A stretch of DNA of 64,000 nucleotides from Chiloscyllium plagiosum (Eukaryota). The position numbers and the translations under genes are program-made. A model generated the notes under the pieces. It was given only the letters and a program-made list of their open reading frames with translations. It was not told the DNA's origin and did no database searches. The stretch is from NCBI RefSeq assembly GCF_004010195.1, contig NC_057718.1, positions 98,903,794 to 98,967,793 on the forward strand, written 5' to 3'. Positions 39,136-52,171 of this stretch are shown here, in pieces (position 1 is the stretch's first letter; each line of letters starts with the position of its first letter).

Positions 39136-41635
39136 AAAATGTTCTCCTCTTATACAGTATAAATGTTGGTTTCCCCTCAAATTGGTATTCCTGCAAATTG
39201 TCCTGACTGCAAAACTGTACAATTATAGGATCCAGTTCGTCGAGTTTATGTCTCAGGACTTACATATTTATGGCATCTGACTTTCCTTCATTTCCTGATT
39301 TCAGCTTTCACATGCATTAAACGTCCTATTATTTAATATTTGCAGACAAGACAGATAATTCCCATCATCTTAGACCATCACTATTACAAGCATGCAAAGT
39401 GCAAAGGCCATTAGATCATTTAGCAAGATTCAGTGATGTAGGACATAATTTCTATTTGTCTGCTAAATTATTTGGCATTGTCATGAAGACGAAAGTGAAC
39501 ACTGGAGGCAATTTTTGTCATCAATGCTAATATTTCCTTCATTTGCTTAATGTCCAATTTTTAAACATTTTTTTGTGAAACAATTTGGTACCTTCTACTA
39601 CTTTGGAGGATCTCAATAAATGCAACTTGTTATTGTTGTCACCTTAGTCTTACACACTCTGTTTATTTTTGCTGCATTCTGTAATTTGCCAATGTATCAC
39701 TTATCCAATTGTTTAAACTGTTACAGCAAAACTGAACTAAGTGGTTGTTTTTCCAACATACTTCATTTTTTAATGGATGAAGGTTATTTTCAAATTTGAT
39801 CCCTAGTAGGTCCATTTAATTGTGTAACAGGGATTCATATACTTTAGCAATACACCATATCTGACAGTCCTTTTCTTGGCAATAATTCATGAAGCAAGTT
39901 AAAAATAGAGTTGATTGTAAAAGGCTGTAAAAATATACCAATGGTGCGTTAATCTCAGAAGGTGATTTGCAAAATGCTTAAATACTTGAAGGCAGCAATC
40001 TGCACTTGACTTTACACTTAAGATAGCAAGATATTTTGCAGTCATTGATTGATATTCAGAACATTTATAAAACTATTAATTTTACAGCTGTTCAAAACAA
40101 ATAGCTTTTGCCTGCTATTTTAGTGAATTAGGAAGGCAATGCAAAATGTTGGGTGAGTTCTGAATTGCGGAAATATTAAGTATGGTCATTGAAACTGATA
40201 CAATACCCATGAGTACACCAATTACTATTTCCTATGCCAATTACATAACCACAGAAATTGAATTTATAAAAATAATGCAAATATAATAAGCAGTGTACAG
40301 ACCATTTAATTTGCATACACGAGAAAAACTTGTAGAACTCATTCACATATGCAACATCTGTAAATTACAGTACTCAGGCTTTCACAGGCTCAAAATAAAA
40401 AGGTACAGTAAACTGCCAACCCTCTATTAGTCTCCAAATAAGTATTTGGAAACAGAAGCTTGTTTCATGGACTACCCCAGTAAACTTTTATGGTGTTACT
40501 ATGGTATGAATAACCTAAGCTACTGAAAAATACAACTTTCAAACATTCCTCCTAATTATCAAAAATGCTGTGGTCTCATTAGTGATCAGTCATTTCTGAA
40601 GAAATCAGGTAGCAGTGCTCCTTCAACTTACCTACCTTAAATAGAAGCAGTCTATTTAAAATTTAAATTGTAAGATACCTTAGTGCAAGATATTATAAAT
40701 GACTGAGATCTATACACAGAAAGAACTTTACAAAACTTTTTGGATTTTGATAATTGCAAGTGCAATTTTACTCTTTGGATTCTCTCAGAATTAGTGGACT
40801 AAACTATTTACATCTGGTGATTTTATGAGTTAGTAGGTTAGCACATTGCTATTTCATTTGTAGGACTTTGGAATAAATCCAACTAACACGGACTCCATCT
40901 CTATGGGTTTTTCATGGAAATAAATTTCAAATCAGTCTCTTTTGTGGGCAAAACGCATAAAGCACTTCAATTCAATTAGATTCCTTCTCTTGGTTGATAT
41001 CCAGTGACCCTATTGGAAAGTACTTACCCAAAGAAACTAAGAATAGGGTCAAGTTCAAGGTACCATCACTAGAGAATAGTCAATGAATACTCATCATTCG
41101 GGTTTTCACAAAGTATAAACACTTTGAGAATACTTTAATTACGACATTTAAAAGGTATCTGAATGGGAACGGTTTAGAGAAATACAGACCAAATGCTGGC
41201 AAACAGGACTAGATCGGTTTAGGATATCTGGACAGCATGGATGAATTGGACAAAAGGGTCTGTTTCTGTGCTTTATAACTCGTGATTCTATCTGGTTATT
41301 GATAATATACTCATAAAAGGTCATGCTCAATTAACCTTCAGCCACCAATCTTCCACTCCAATTACATATGATTGCTCAAAAAAAAGTATCATAACTGGAA
41401 TTCATAAGATTTTACATTGGTTCAATATATTTCACAAAGAACTTCCAAAAAATATTTCTATGCTGTAATTGTTTGAACTACTTTGAACTTTTGATGTCAC
41501 TTGATTATGTTGCAGTTGAACTTCAAAAAAGTATATATTTGTTGGTATTTTAATTGGGGGTTGAGAAATTTATTTTTGAACATATCACAGAGTTTTTGGA
41601 AACTTGATCGAGAAAAATGCTGTATGACATAGTGC

Positions 41636-41752
41636 AGATTATAAGGACAAAAAATTAAGGAAATTCATTGTATTAGTACTTTTTTTTTTAACTAGATTAT
41701 AAGGACAAAAAATTAAGGAAATTCATTGTATTAGTACTTTTTTTTTAACTAG
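41636..41752. repeat. 58-bp near-perfect tandem duplication
   Basis: agattataaggacaaaaaattaaggaaattcattgtattagtac(T)n aact occurs twice. Confidence 0.9.
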
Positions 41753-44700
41753 CCCATTTCATTAATTTTAACCTCCAACAATTTTGTCTGCTAATCGTTA
41801 ACTGCCCCAATATAGAAGAGCAACTCGCACAAATATCCTACATGTATACCAGCTTTCCACAGGAGCAGGTTTAAATAAAACAATGCAAGCTTTGATGAGT
41901 GAAGAGACATGCTATTGAAATTGTTTGTTTTTCACCTAATGAGAGAAACTCAGGAATACCAAACTTCAACGGGAATAACTTATACTGAATGAGGAAAATA
42001 GATGCTAATTAGTCAAGGTATTGCCATGAAGAATTTATTCCCCAGGGAAGTTATTCCCCAGTCTTTTGTACAAACTCATGCAAAGCAAGTTGACATTGAA
42101 TGGTTCAGGCATTGACAGCAAATGCACCAAGGAACAGCTGTCTCAAAAGCTGATGTTTAATTTCAAATACAAGATGGCTGGACAAATTCCTTTTATCTGC
42201 AGACCAAGTCTGTGCATGAGTATACGTTGATTCCAGCAAACATAATTCAAGCTTGACTGATTATCTTAAATTGGTTGTTGGTGTATTGCTTGGATCGCTC
42301 GGGATTATTTAGCAATTGTAGTCCAATTGCAGAATCATGTTTAATGTTGTACATTATGATCTGAGTTTTACAATCATAGGTTAGTTGAGCATAATTAGTA
42401 TAGTTGCAAACAGCTGAAGGGACATAATTGGGATAAACGACATGCAAAATTGGCATCAAATGAGCACTGAGATTCATGTCACATTACTCTTCTATGTAAT
42501 AAAGAATATCTTTTTGTCTTGATGGCAGCATTCTGTTGGTGGAGAATATTAGTGTTACTACTGCATAATAATGGTGTGAAACAGCTAGCTTTACATGCTG
42601 CTCCAATTTGTGTGGCACCTTACCCAATTTGAGGTTGACTATATACTTTTCCAGTCCAAAACGTAGCATTTGTAAGTTAGTGAGATACACAAGGAGCAAT
42701 GATCTGATTGGGGTAACCATCATTTGCTGGATAGTTTGAAGGTACCCTATTTTTTGCATCAAATCTGCCGAGTTAGCAAATCATTTGGGCCCTATTACAC
42801 GGTTGCCAATTAGGGCCAATTTTATAGTGCATTATAATAGAGCTCCTGTGATGCATTAGTAGCATGCCAGAAGGCCCAGGTTCACATTGCACCTGCTGTA
42901 GAGATGTGTAATATCATCTCTGATTAGGTTGATTCAAATACCTATAGCACATTATAGTTATAGGAATTTGAACAGGTGCTTAACCAGTAAACAAAAGCTT
43001 GTTGAAGACAGTGATAGAAAATATATTTTCAAATTTCTCAACTAGCACATGAAGGAGGTAAGTTTGTTAGAATGCTTAATTTCATGCATGCAATTACAAA
43101 CAACGTAGGACAGCAAGGACCAAAATGATTGTTTGTGCGGTTTTACTGTGCTTATTTATTTTCTCTTTAATGAGATTTACACTATTCTTTGCCTATTTGA
43201 AGTAAATAACTTATGGAATCAAAAAGCTAATTCAATATTGAAATGCTTTCCCAATGCACATAAATAAATTTGATGGTTTCAAACATTAATTTGCATAAAG
43301 AAGTACTTAAAGGAGGAATGTAGCATCTGTTTACATGTGTTTACACTGACTTCTGGTTACTTACATTGGTTTCACTGTTATGGCATATAAAAATAGGATT
43401 GGCAAGACAATTTGCTGCTGAGTATTGACTGACAGAGAAACTAGCCTATCTTCAGATCCAGATGATCCCAGAGCAGTTGTTGCCACAATAGAAACATTTA
43501 AGAAGAGGTAGAAAATAAGAAGGTATGCAGCAAAACAAAGTTTTCTCAGGTCACAAACATCTGCTGGCATGTTCGAGAACGTAACAAGTAAAGAGAACTT
43601 AAGAATTGAGGAACACTTGCTGATGATTGCAAATTGTGAATGACTGCAGGTAGCAAACGGAACTGTGGGAAAGATTTTTTGACAGGAATAGGAAATAAAC
43701 ATGCATCCAAAATAGCAACCATTTAGATTAGGTAGGAGGGCAGACCACATTGGTATGTAAATACATAGGTTACTTAGGATGGCAACAGAAGTAGAAAAGG
43801 CAATAAAATGACAAACTGACCCATTATTTTTGTAAAGATATAAATCAAAAAGATGAAAATATCTAAGACCTTAACTAGCTGGTGTACGTGGGCACTTCTG
43901 GGCAGCCCATTGTAGAAAGCATAAACAATAATAGGAATAGTGCATTAGAAATTTAAGGAATGACTTATTAAAGGAGCTATTTTCACAGTCTGCCATTGAC
44001 CAATATTTAAATAAGGGAGCACAAGAGTCCTTCACATTACACATTAAACTGAAGTTTCGTCTACTGTTCCAAGGGAGAAAAACGTCTTGCAACGTTGCAA
44101 AGAACAAAAGGGATCTCTCCTAGCATCCAAACCAAAATTGATCTTTAGAATAAGTAGTTATATTGCGCGCGCGCTCTCTCTCTCTCGACTGAACATGCGC
44201 AAAATGGCAGCTTGATCACCTGGAAATAGCAGCTGACTTTGGTTCTAATTTATTGCTTGTAAAGTGCTCTGTGATGAAGAATCTAAAAGATGTATTTACG
44301 TAGAATCTGTCTTTCTAAGCACAAAAAACATTAAAAGTGAGGTTAGAAAAATATATTTTATCATGGTTTTGAACGAGACACTTTTTTAAAGGCAGTTCAG
44401 CACAGCTACACACAGCATACATTTGTTCAGCTATTAGAATTCTATCATTTTCACAAACATATTTCATTCTTTTATTACACTGAATTAAAAATCGCATTTC
44501 CTGCATCCATTGTCATATCCTGTTCGTTGTAGGAAAAGCCAGAATTTCTAGACTGTCACTTTATTTCCAACTATATTTTTAATTTCATGCTCAAGTGCCA
44601 CAATTTATTTATACTTTATTTCAGGAACACTTTCATCGCACACACTATATGATGAACACGTTCTGAACAATATTTAAGAAGATTGGATCTTTATTACCTA

Positions 44701-45599
44701 GAATTAAATTCAAAATTTGTCCTTCCACTAAATTAGCTTTCTGTATAAAGCATTCTGAAGCCGACACTTAAGTAATCATTGCAATTGAGACAGCAGCGTG
44801 TAGCAGTGAAAGAGAGCATGCGAGAATTAGTTTTTCACTCATTTTGTTTACAAATAGACTTTGTTTTGATAGATTCATGAAACACGATATTTCTCCATTT
44901 CATACTTATGGCTAATGACTTACTTTTGAAATAAACTACTCTTTTTCCAAACTTGATCTGGTCTTCAGACAAAGGGTGCATGTAGAAGAATTTGTGGCTA
45001 AGAATGTATCCTTGTAGGATCCAGTCCCTGAACAATGTCAAAACTCTGTATGACTATGACTCTGATTGTTCGAGCTTATATTTTCTTGCCAACCATTATT
45101 TTCATCATTCCTGTATTATTTTAGCTATACTAAGGTTGCTGTTAGCGATCATTTTTTGGCAATGGAGGATGCTGGTTAATCAAGTATACCGATAGACAAA
45201 GATCCAAGTTAAATTCCATATTTTCATCAAATCAGAAAGCTCCTGAATGATCCCATAGTAATGCAGGTATTGAGATTCCACAATAGCTGGAGCATGCAAA
45301 ATTAGTGAGCTGCACCGTTGGAACATGATATTGTAAGGCAGAGACCAGAGTTAGGGCAGGCTTCCAATAAGAATGACCAACGAGTTTGACAATTGTGAGC
45401 ATTTGTGAGACAGTGGGACTGATGTGGAATGAGTGTTAACATTGATTTCTGATGGGCAAGTGACACCTCCAGTCCCAGAATTCTAGTTAATAGAGATTTC
45501 AATGCAAGGTATCAGAAGTTTTCTGAGATAGGTATTTAACCATTTTTTGAGACCTATTCAAATTAGCAATCTACACTGAAAACAGCAACGTTCATTCTA

Positions 45600-45965
45600 A
45601 TAGGTAATAATAATCCAGAGACCCAGGCCAATACCGTGGAAACAGGTGTTCAAATCCCACAATGGCAACCGGTAGAATTTAAATTCAATTAATAAAATCT
45701 GAGATCAAAAGCTGGTCTCGGTGCTGGTGATCATGACAACTATCATTAGTTGTTTTAAAAATTCATTTGGTTTATCATTATTCTTCGGGGAAGAAAATCT
45801 GCCATTCTTACCTGGTCTGGCCTTCATGTGACTCCAGATCTAAAACAATGTGGTTGACTTTTAAATGCCCTCTGAAATGGTCCAACATGTCACTCAGTTC
45901 AAGGGCATTTAGGGATATGCAACAAATGCTGGCCTTGCGAATGAAGCCCACGTCCCATGATAATT
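45600..45965 (+). mobile_element. Shark SINE with a LINE-derived tail (partial copy at 32700-32930)
   Basis: B-box-like gttcaaatccc; the block aaatctgccat...gactccaga...aaatgccctctgaa...gcaacaaatgctggcc is shared between the two copies. Confidence 0.65.
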
Positions 45966-46815
45966 TTTAAAATTATATTTATTGACTGAAAACTGATTTT
46001 TTTTCATATTCTGATCACCGCTAATATTTCATATTTATTCATATTCTTCTACTGTTTACATCCTCCATTTTGTACAATTCCTCAGCAACGCGTGCAGGTG
46101 GGATAACATGCTCCCAAGTCTCTCTGCTGGTCACTATGGGTGAGCAATTGTGCAAGAGCAATGGGAGATTAGCTCACATATTTTCTTATGTTCTCTTGCC
46201 ACCTCTTGTACCCAGTTTGGATGACACAGAATTTATCATGTAGGAAACTGCAAGGACAAACTTGATGACTAATATTCTGTAGCCAAGCGCCAAGGATTTG
46301 TTTTTAGAAGTGCTAAAAGTAGCATCAAATGTTGAGAGGAATGACTGATTCTTAGGTCAGGTTGCTGATGTACTTTTATCTGACAAAACAGCACCTTTTG
46401 ATGTCTGATTTTCAACTGGGTATAGATATCAATTGCTGCTAGGTAGAATGGGAATCTAAACAGCAGGCAATTAATCTGATGGCCAAAAGAACCTTCAGTC
46501 ACATTTACATAGAAAATCGGTTTTGGATCACAGAATTAAATAAGTCACACAACTAGGTTAATGATATCATATTTATGATTTTAAGAAATTCTTACCACAG
46601 ACAATTGATGTAAGGCTTAAGTTATTTGTCTATTCCTCTTGCCTCCTAGGAATAAGCCTTAGGGAGTTAAAACAAAAAACAACTAAACAACCTATACAAA
46701 AACAAAGAACATATGTACACTTGCACCTTCAAAGTCTGAACCTAATCATAAACATCACATATCACTATCAGACGCACTAGTTGAAGTAAATATTGTTAGT
46801 GATTAACATACCAAC

Positions 46816-47800
46816 CTGTCATTTGAATCAGAGGCTCCATGAGGGCAACTCCAAGTCTATCTCCTACCATCACTTGTTGCTCCTGGAGATATTGTTTTAG
46901 AACAGGATGGATCACTCGCTGACACAAAACAAGGTGAACTTGGTCATAAACTAGCTGTTTTCCCACCTTCAGCAGCTGTGCAAGTGATTCATCTTCAGGA
47001 CTGAAATCTGGTGTCACCTCCCAGGTTCCATTCCCACTGTCAACAACATCTCCTGACATGGAAACATTGAATACAGCAATCTTAATGTAACCAAATGTCA
47101 ATTTTGTAATATCAACTGTTGTTGAAGGAGATGAAAATATCTCTATAAGGATCCCAGAAAGCACACAGGAGTCAGAAACACTTTGCCCCTCAATGGGAAC
47201 AATCTGCATCTTTCCCAAAGATACATGATCTCCAATCACAGATGGTATTGTGTAAAAGAATGCCTTTAACACTAAGGAACTGATGTAGTCAGCTTCTTTT
47301 GTAGTCAACATACAAGTAGGCTTATTTATCATTGTACGAACAAGTGAAAGCAAAGTCTTGCTGTTACTAAAATCTATTTGTATTCTGCAGCTACATTCCT
47401 CAGAAGTTAGATAGTCAAGGCAAATATTCAGAAGGTGTTTATGGATTTTGACAATGTGACTGCTTGGTACATTAAGTTGTTTTGCATTTTCAGCCAAATT
47501 ACAGCAGAGAATCGCTGTAAAAAGTCCAGAATCACTAAATCGAGAAACATGATTCAGCACGGAAGCTATTAGCAACTTCATCACAGGATGGGACACAGAA
47601 AGATTACGCAAAAGCGCAGAAGACTGTGATGTGGTTAGAACGTAGCCTCCTACAGCATTGTGAATTAGTTTTAGTCTACCAAATGGGCCATAACAGGACT
47701 CCACAATTCCTCTGAGAGTGGAAAGAGCCTGACAAAGTACATCACTATTTAACTGTCCAGAACTGCATGAAGATGCTATTTTAGGTGAAATTGAGGCCAT
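46816..47800 (-). CDS. MKKS: MKKS/BBS6 chaperonin-like protein, coding exon 1 (985 nt from the second ATG; an in-frame ATG also lies at 47803)
   Basis: ORF 46796-47803 reads SCYGPFGRLKLIHNAVGG...SDSGLFTAILCCNL...CQRVIHPVLKQYL...DRLGVALMEPLIQMTG, recognisable as MKKS. Donor ACAG|GTTGGT at 46816/46815, phase 1. The ATG at 47800 has A at -3 and G at +4. Confidence 0.96.
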
Positions 47801-47856
47801 CATTCAGGTAGAGTAGTGGAAGGTCTGAAAACAGCACACTTGCAAAGATTAGTTGG

Positions 47857-47862
47857 TTTATT
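47857..47862 (-). terminator. Candidate poly(A) signal for a short uORF-only transcript
   Basis: AATAAA on the minus strand followed about 20 nt downstream by GU-rich GTGTGCTGTTTTC; lies between the uORF2 stop and the MKKS ATG. Confidence 0.6.
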
Positions 47863-48064
47863 ATTTTCAAAATGAACCGAAATTTAACATGCAGCACTTC
47901 TCCTCTGATCATTAAAATGCTTGTACATTCCAAATGTGCCAGTCATATTATAGAAGATGAAAGTTATTTGAAATTCCCATTGAAATATATTTCAATGCTA
48001 AACCAACTAGAAGAGCAAAATTTGGATGCATTGTAAAAGATTTATCTTGCTTGACATTTCATTA

Positions 48065-48211
48065 TTATTTATCTATATTCTTCTGCTTCAGTTCTAAACT
48101 TGTTGATTTTTTTACAAACTTCTGCATCAGATATGTTACAGTATGGATTCCAAGTAAGGACAGTCCTGCCACTAGAAGCCAATTTTTGCGAAACCATGCT
48201 TTATTTCTCAT
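48065..48211 (-). CDS. MKKS upstream ORF 2 microprotein (48 aa, single TM; uMKKS2-like)
   Basis: MRNKAWFRKNWLLVAGLSLLGIHTVTYLMQKFVKKSTSLELKQKNIDK*; the W.RKNWLLVAG motif matches mammalian uORF2 as I recall it. ATG at 48211 has A at -3. Acceptor ttttctatttgcag| at 48262. Confidence 0.9.
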   Translation of the reverse strand: MRNKAWFRKNWLLVAGLSLLGIHTVTYLMQKFVKKSTSLELKQKNIDK

Positions 48212-48484
48212 TCTTCTGTAAGGATGCGACAACGAAATATCTGCATTCCAATTTAATATTATCTGCAAATAGAAAATATGTACAGTTAAATTGTGCTTTG
48301 AAAACATTAAGTTTTCAAATCATATAATCTACATCATTGTGGAGACTATGTAGTCTATCATGCCTCTGGCTCTGAAATAGTTTAAATCCAAACTTCGGCC
48401 TGGACTTACTCATATACCTGCAAATTTGTCCTTTTCAAGTACATATCCAATTGACTTTAATACGTCACTGTGAAATCTGATTCC

Positions 48485-51000
48485 ACAAAGACCTAAGGGG
48501 CAACTTTTTCACACAAGGTGGTACGTGTATGGAATGAGCTGCCAGAGGAAGTGATGGAGGCTGGTACAATTACAACATTTAAAAGGCATCTGGATGGATA
48601 TTTGAATAGGAAGGGTTTTGAGGAATATGGGCCAGGTGCTGGCAGGTGGGACTAGATTGGGTTGGGATATCTGGTCGGCATGGATGAGCTGGACCAAAGG
48701 GCCTGTTTCCATGCTGTACATCTCTATGACTCTATAACTCTTTCAATTTAAGTCCAATTTAAGTACAGGAGTTGGGAGGCCATGTTGCAGCTGTACAAGA
48801 CATTGGTTAGGCCACTTTTGGAATAATGCATGCAGTTCTGGTCTCCTTCCTATCGGAAAGATGTTGTGAAACTTGAAAGAATTCAGAAAAGATTTACAAG
48901 GATGTTGCCAGGGTTGGAGGATTCGAGCTATAGGGAGAAGTTGAATAGGATGGGGTTGTTTTCCCTGAAGCATCGGAGGTTGAGGGGTGACCTTACAGAG
49001 CTTTATAAATTCATGAGGGGCATGGATATGATAAGTAGACAAGGTCTTTTCCCTGAGGTAGGGGAGTCCAGAATTAGAGGGCATAGGTTTAGGGTGAGAG
49101 GGGAAAGTGGTGGTGGGCGGCACGGTGGCACAGTGGTTAGCACTGCTGCCTCACAGCGCCAGAGACCCGGGTTCAATTCCCGCCTCAGGCGACCGACTGT
49201 GTGGAGTTTGCACGTTCTCCCCGTGTCTGCGTGGGTTTCCTCCGGGTGCTCCGGTTTCCTCCCACATCACAAAGATGTGCAGGGTCAGGTGAACTGGCCA
49301 TACTAAAATTGCCCGTAGTGTTAGGTAAGGGGTAAATGTAGGGGTATGGGTGGGTTTCGCTTCGGCGGGTCGGTGTGGACTTGTTGGGCCGAAGGGCCTG
49401 TTTCCACACTGTAATCTAATCTAATCTAATCTAATCTAATCTAATCTAATCTAATTTTATATAAAAGAGACCTGGGGCAACTTTTTCAGGCAGAGGGTGA
49501 TACGTGCACGGAATGAGCTGCCAGAGCAAGTGATGGAGGCTGGTACAATTGCACCATTTAAAAGGTATCTGGATGGGTATATGTATAGGAAGGGTTTGGA
49601 GGGATATGGGCCAAGTGCTGGCAGGTGGGACTAGATTGGGTTGGGATATCTGGTCGGCATGAACGAGTTAGAACGAAGGGTCTGTTTCCATTCTGTACAT
49701 CTGTATGTATGATGGAAACACACCCTTTAGTGCAACTCATGCATGCTGACAAGGTTTCCTAAACTGAACGAGTCCCATTTGCCTGCATTTGGCTCACTTC
49801 CCTCAAAACCTTTCTTTTCCATGTATCTTTACAAATATCGTTCAAATGTTCTAACTGTACCCATTTCTATCACTATCTCTGGCAGCTCATACCACATACA
49901 CACCATCCTCTATTTAAAAAAGTTGCCCATCACTTCACTTTTAAATCTTTACCCTCTCACCTTAAATTTATGCCCTCTAGATCTGGGCTTCCCTTCCCTA
50001 GGAAAAAGACCTTGGCTATTCCCTTTATCTATGCCCCTCATGATTAAAAAAAAACTTGAAGGTCACCCGTCTGTCCCACTCGAGAGAAAAAGTCCTAGCC
50101 TCTCTTCATAACGCAACTTCCAATCTCAGTAACATCCTTGTAAATCTTATTTGCACCTTTCCAGTTACTGTACGCAGAACTTCAAATGTGACCTTACCAA
50201 TGTCTTGTAAAGCTATAACATGACATCCCAACTCATGTACTCAATGCTCTGACCAATGAATGCAAGTGTGCCAAATGCCGCCTTCATCAACCTGTTTACC
50301 TGTGACACTACTTTTAAGGAACTATGTACCTGCACCCCTAGGTATCTGTTTGTTTTAAGGCAGAGACATATTGATTCTTGTTAAGCATAGGGGTGAAAAG
50401 GTTAGGAATTGGGAGGTCATATTGTGGCTTACAGGACATTGGTTAGGCCATTTTTGGAATTGTGTGTCCAATTCTAGTCTCCTTCCTATTGGAAGGATGT
50501 TGTAAAATTTAAAAGGGTTCAGAAAACATTTACAAGGAGGTTTCCAGGGTTTGAGGATTTGAGCTATGGGGAGAGGCTGAATAGGCTGGGGATGTTTTCC
50601 ATGGACTGTCAGAGGCTGATGGGTGACCTTTAGAGGTTAATAAAATCATGAGGGTCATGGATAGGGTAAATAGATAAGGTTTCTTTTCCAGGGTGTGGGA
50701 GTCCAGAACTAGAGGGTACAGATTTAGGGCGAGAAGGGAAAGTTATAAAAGGGACCTAAGGGACAAAGTTTTCATACAGAGAGTGGTCTGTGTATGGAAT
50801 GAGCTGCCAGAGGAAGTGGAGAAGGCTGGTACAATTACAGCATTTAAAAGGCATCTGGATAGGTACATAAATAGGAAGGGTTTAGAGGGATATGGGCCAA
50901 GTGCTGACAAGTGGGACTAGATTAGGTTAGGATATCTGGTCTGCATGGACAAGTTGGACCGAAGGGTCTGTTTCTGTGCTGTACATCTCTGACTTTATAA
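48485..51000. mobile_element. Cluster of CR1 3' fragments in both orientations in the intron between the two uORF exons
   Basis: Fragments at 48485-48740 (+), 48760-49710 (+), 49710-50345 (-) and 50400-51000 (+). Confidence 0.85.
49114..49454 (+). mobile_element. Young HE1-type SINE inserted into a CR1
   Basis: CpG-rich, intact A/B-box-like motifs, perfect (CTAAT)n tail; splits the CR1 sequence ggggaaag/atataaaagagacc. Confidence 0.9.
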
Positions 51001-51979
51001 ATTTTATCAGGGTTAAGTGGGAATGCAGACTTAAGGCAAGAAACCTGATCAGTTAGGATCTTATTGAATGGTGGGGCAGGCTCGAAGGGCTAAATGGTTT
51101 ACTCCTCGACCTTGTTTGTATTTTTGTAAGCCAAGCATCCCATTCAATTTCTTATCCACCTTCTAAATTTGCCCTGGCACCTTCAAAGATTAAAGAACCT
51201 GCACTGCAGATTCACATGTTCATACATCCTCCTCAAATTAGCACCAATTAGATGATACTGTCTTTCCATGTTATTGCTCACAAACTGTAATCACTTCAAG
51301 TATATCCAAAATTAAAATTTCACTACCCATTTTTCAGTTTATTTTCTCACTTACGTCCCCTTCTTCTCCTGAACTCTACTATTATCATGCTCAATTATCG
51401 CATTACCAAGATCATAATGGGTTCCTAATTTTGGAATTGTATTCAAATCTTGGTCATTTCAATAATAAGAGTAATGGCTTTGGCGGATTTCAGTACATAC
51501 TAAGTTCCTATATATTTAAAAGCCCCAGAAATGACACCAAATCCTACTTTTCTTCTATAAATTTGCAAACTATCGCAGTTTGCATGTTAAGGATGTTTTA
51601 ACAGAACTTGACAAAAGCTGCATCAAACATATATCTTTTGTTTAAACCCCTGTGTTTTTGTTGAGTTACCACCTACCCCTCCCCCCCCCAAAAAAAGACA
51701 GTCAGCATGACCTCTGACCAATTCAAGGAAAGCACGAAAGACACCTGAAACTATTCACCTGCTCTCCCATATTCATAATAAAATTAAAAGGGATATTTGC
51801 ATCTCAAAAATACAGTCGTTTGCTTGTATTGCTACAAAATAGATGAGATGCTACAAAGTACTTATAGCCCAGTTTTGTGTATTTTTGCACACTTTTCAAC
51901 CATCATAATTTCGGAGTTGATTTTCCTATTCTTGACATAATTTATGAAGGGAGTATGGCTTACCTAGCAAATCCAGTCA

Positions 51980-52171
51980 CTAATTTGCCTTTGGTTGGCT
52001 TTCCTTTTGGATGATGCTCGTCACAATTTCAGGCTGTGAAATATAGTCTTGGTTTCTGTTCTTGAAGGTTTCACTAGACTTCATATTGTACCATCCCCAA
52101 TGAATCAATGTTAGACTTGTTCCCATAACAATTAAAACTCTGTAGTTTTTCCAGACAGTTTTAAGACTCAT
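51980..52171 (-). CDS. MKKS upstream ORF 1 microprotein (63 aa, single TM; uMKKS1-like)
   Basis: MSLKTVWKNYRVLIVMGTSLTLIHWGWYNMKSS... resembles human MKKS uORF1 as I recall it (MSLRNLWRDYKVLV...LIHLGWY). It fills a leader exon with acceptor ggcag|52190 and donor TAG|GTAAGC at 51964. Confidence 0.9.
   Translation of the reverse strand: MSLKTVWKNYRVLIVMGTSLTLIHWGWYNMKSSETFKNRNQDYISQPEIVTSIIQKESQPKAN

Noticed and set aside
46796..46815. MKKS ORF tail WYVNH*
   Set aside because: Read-through into the intron past the donor at 46816.
48212..48307. 80-aa version of uORF2 in the ORF track
   Set aside because: Starts at a non-ATG codon in intron sequence upstream of the acceptor; the ATG is at 48211.
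49114..49190. tRNA gene
   Set aside because: tRNA-derived SINE head that continues into a SINE body and tail.
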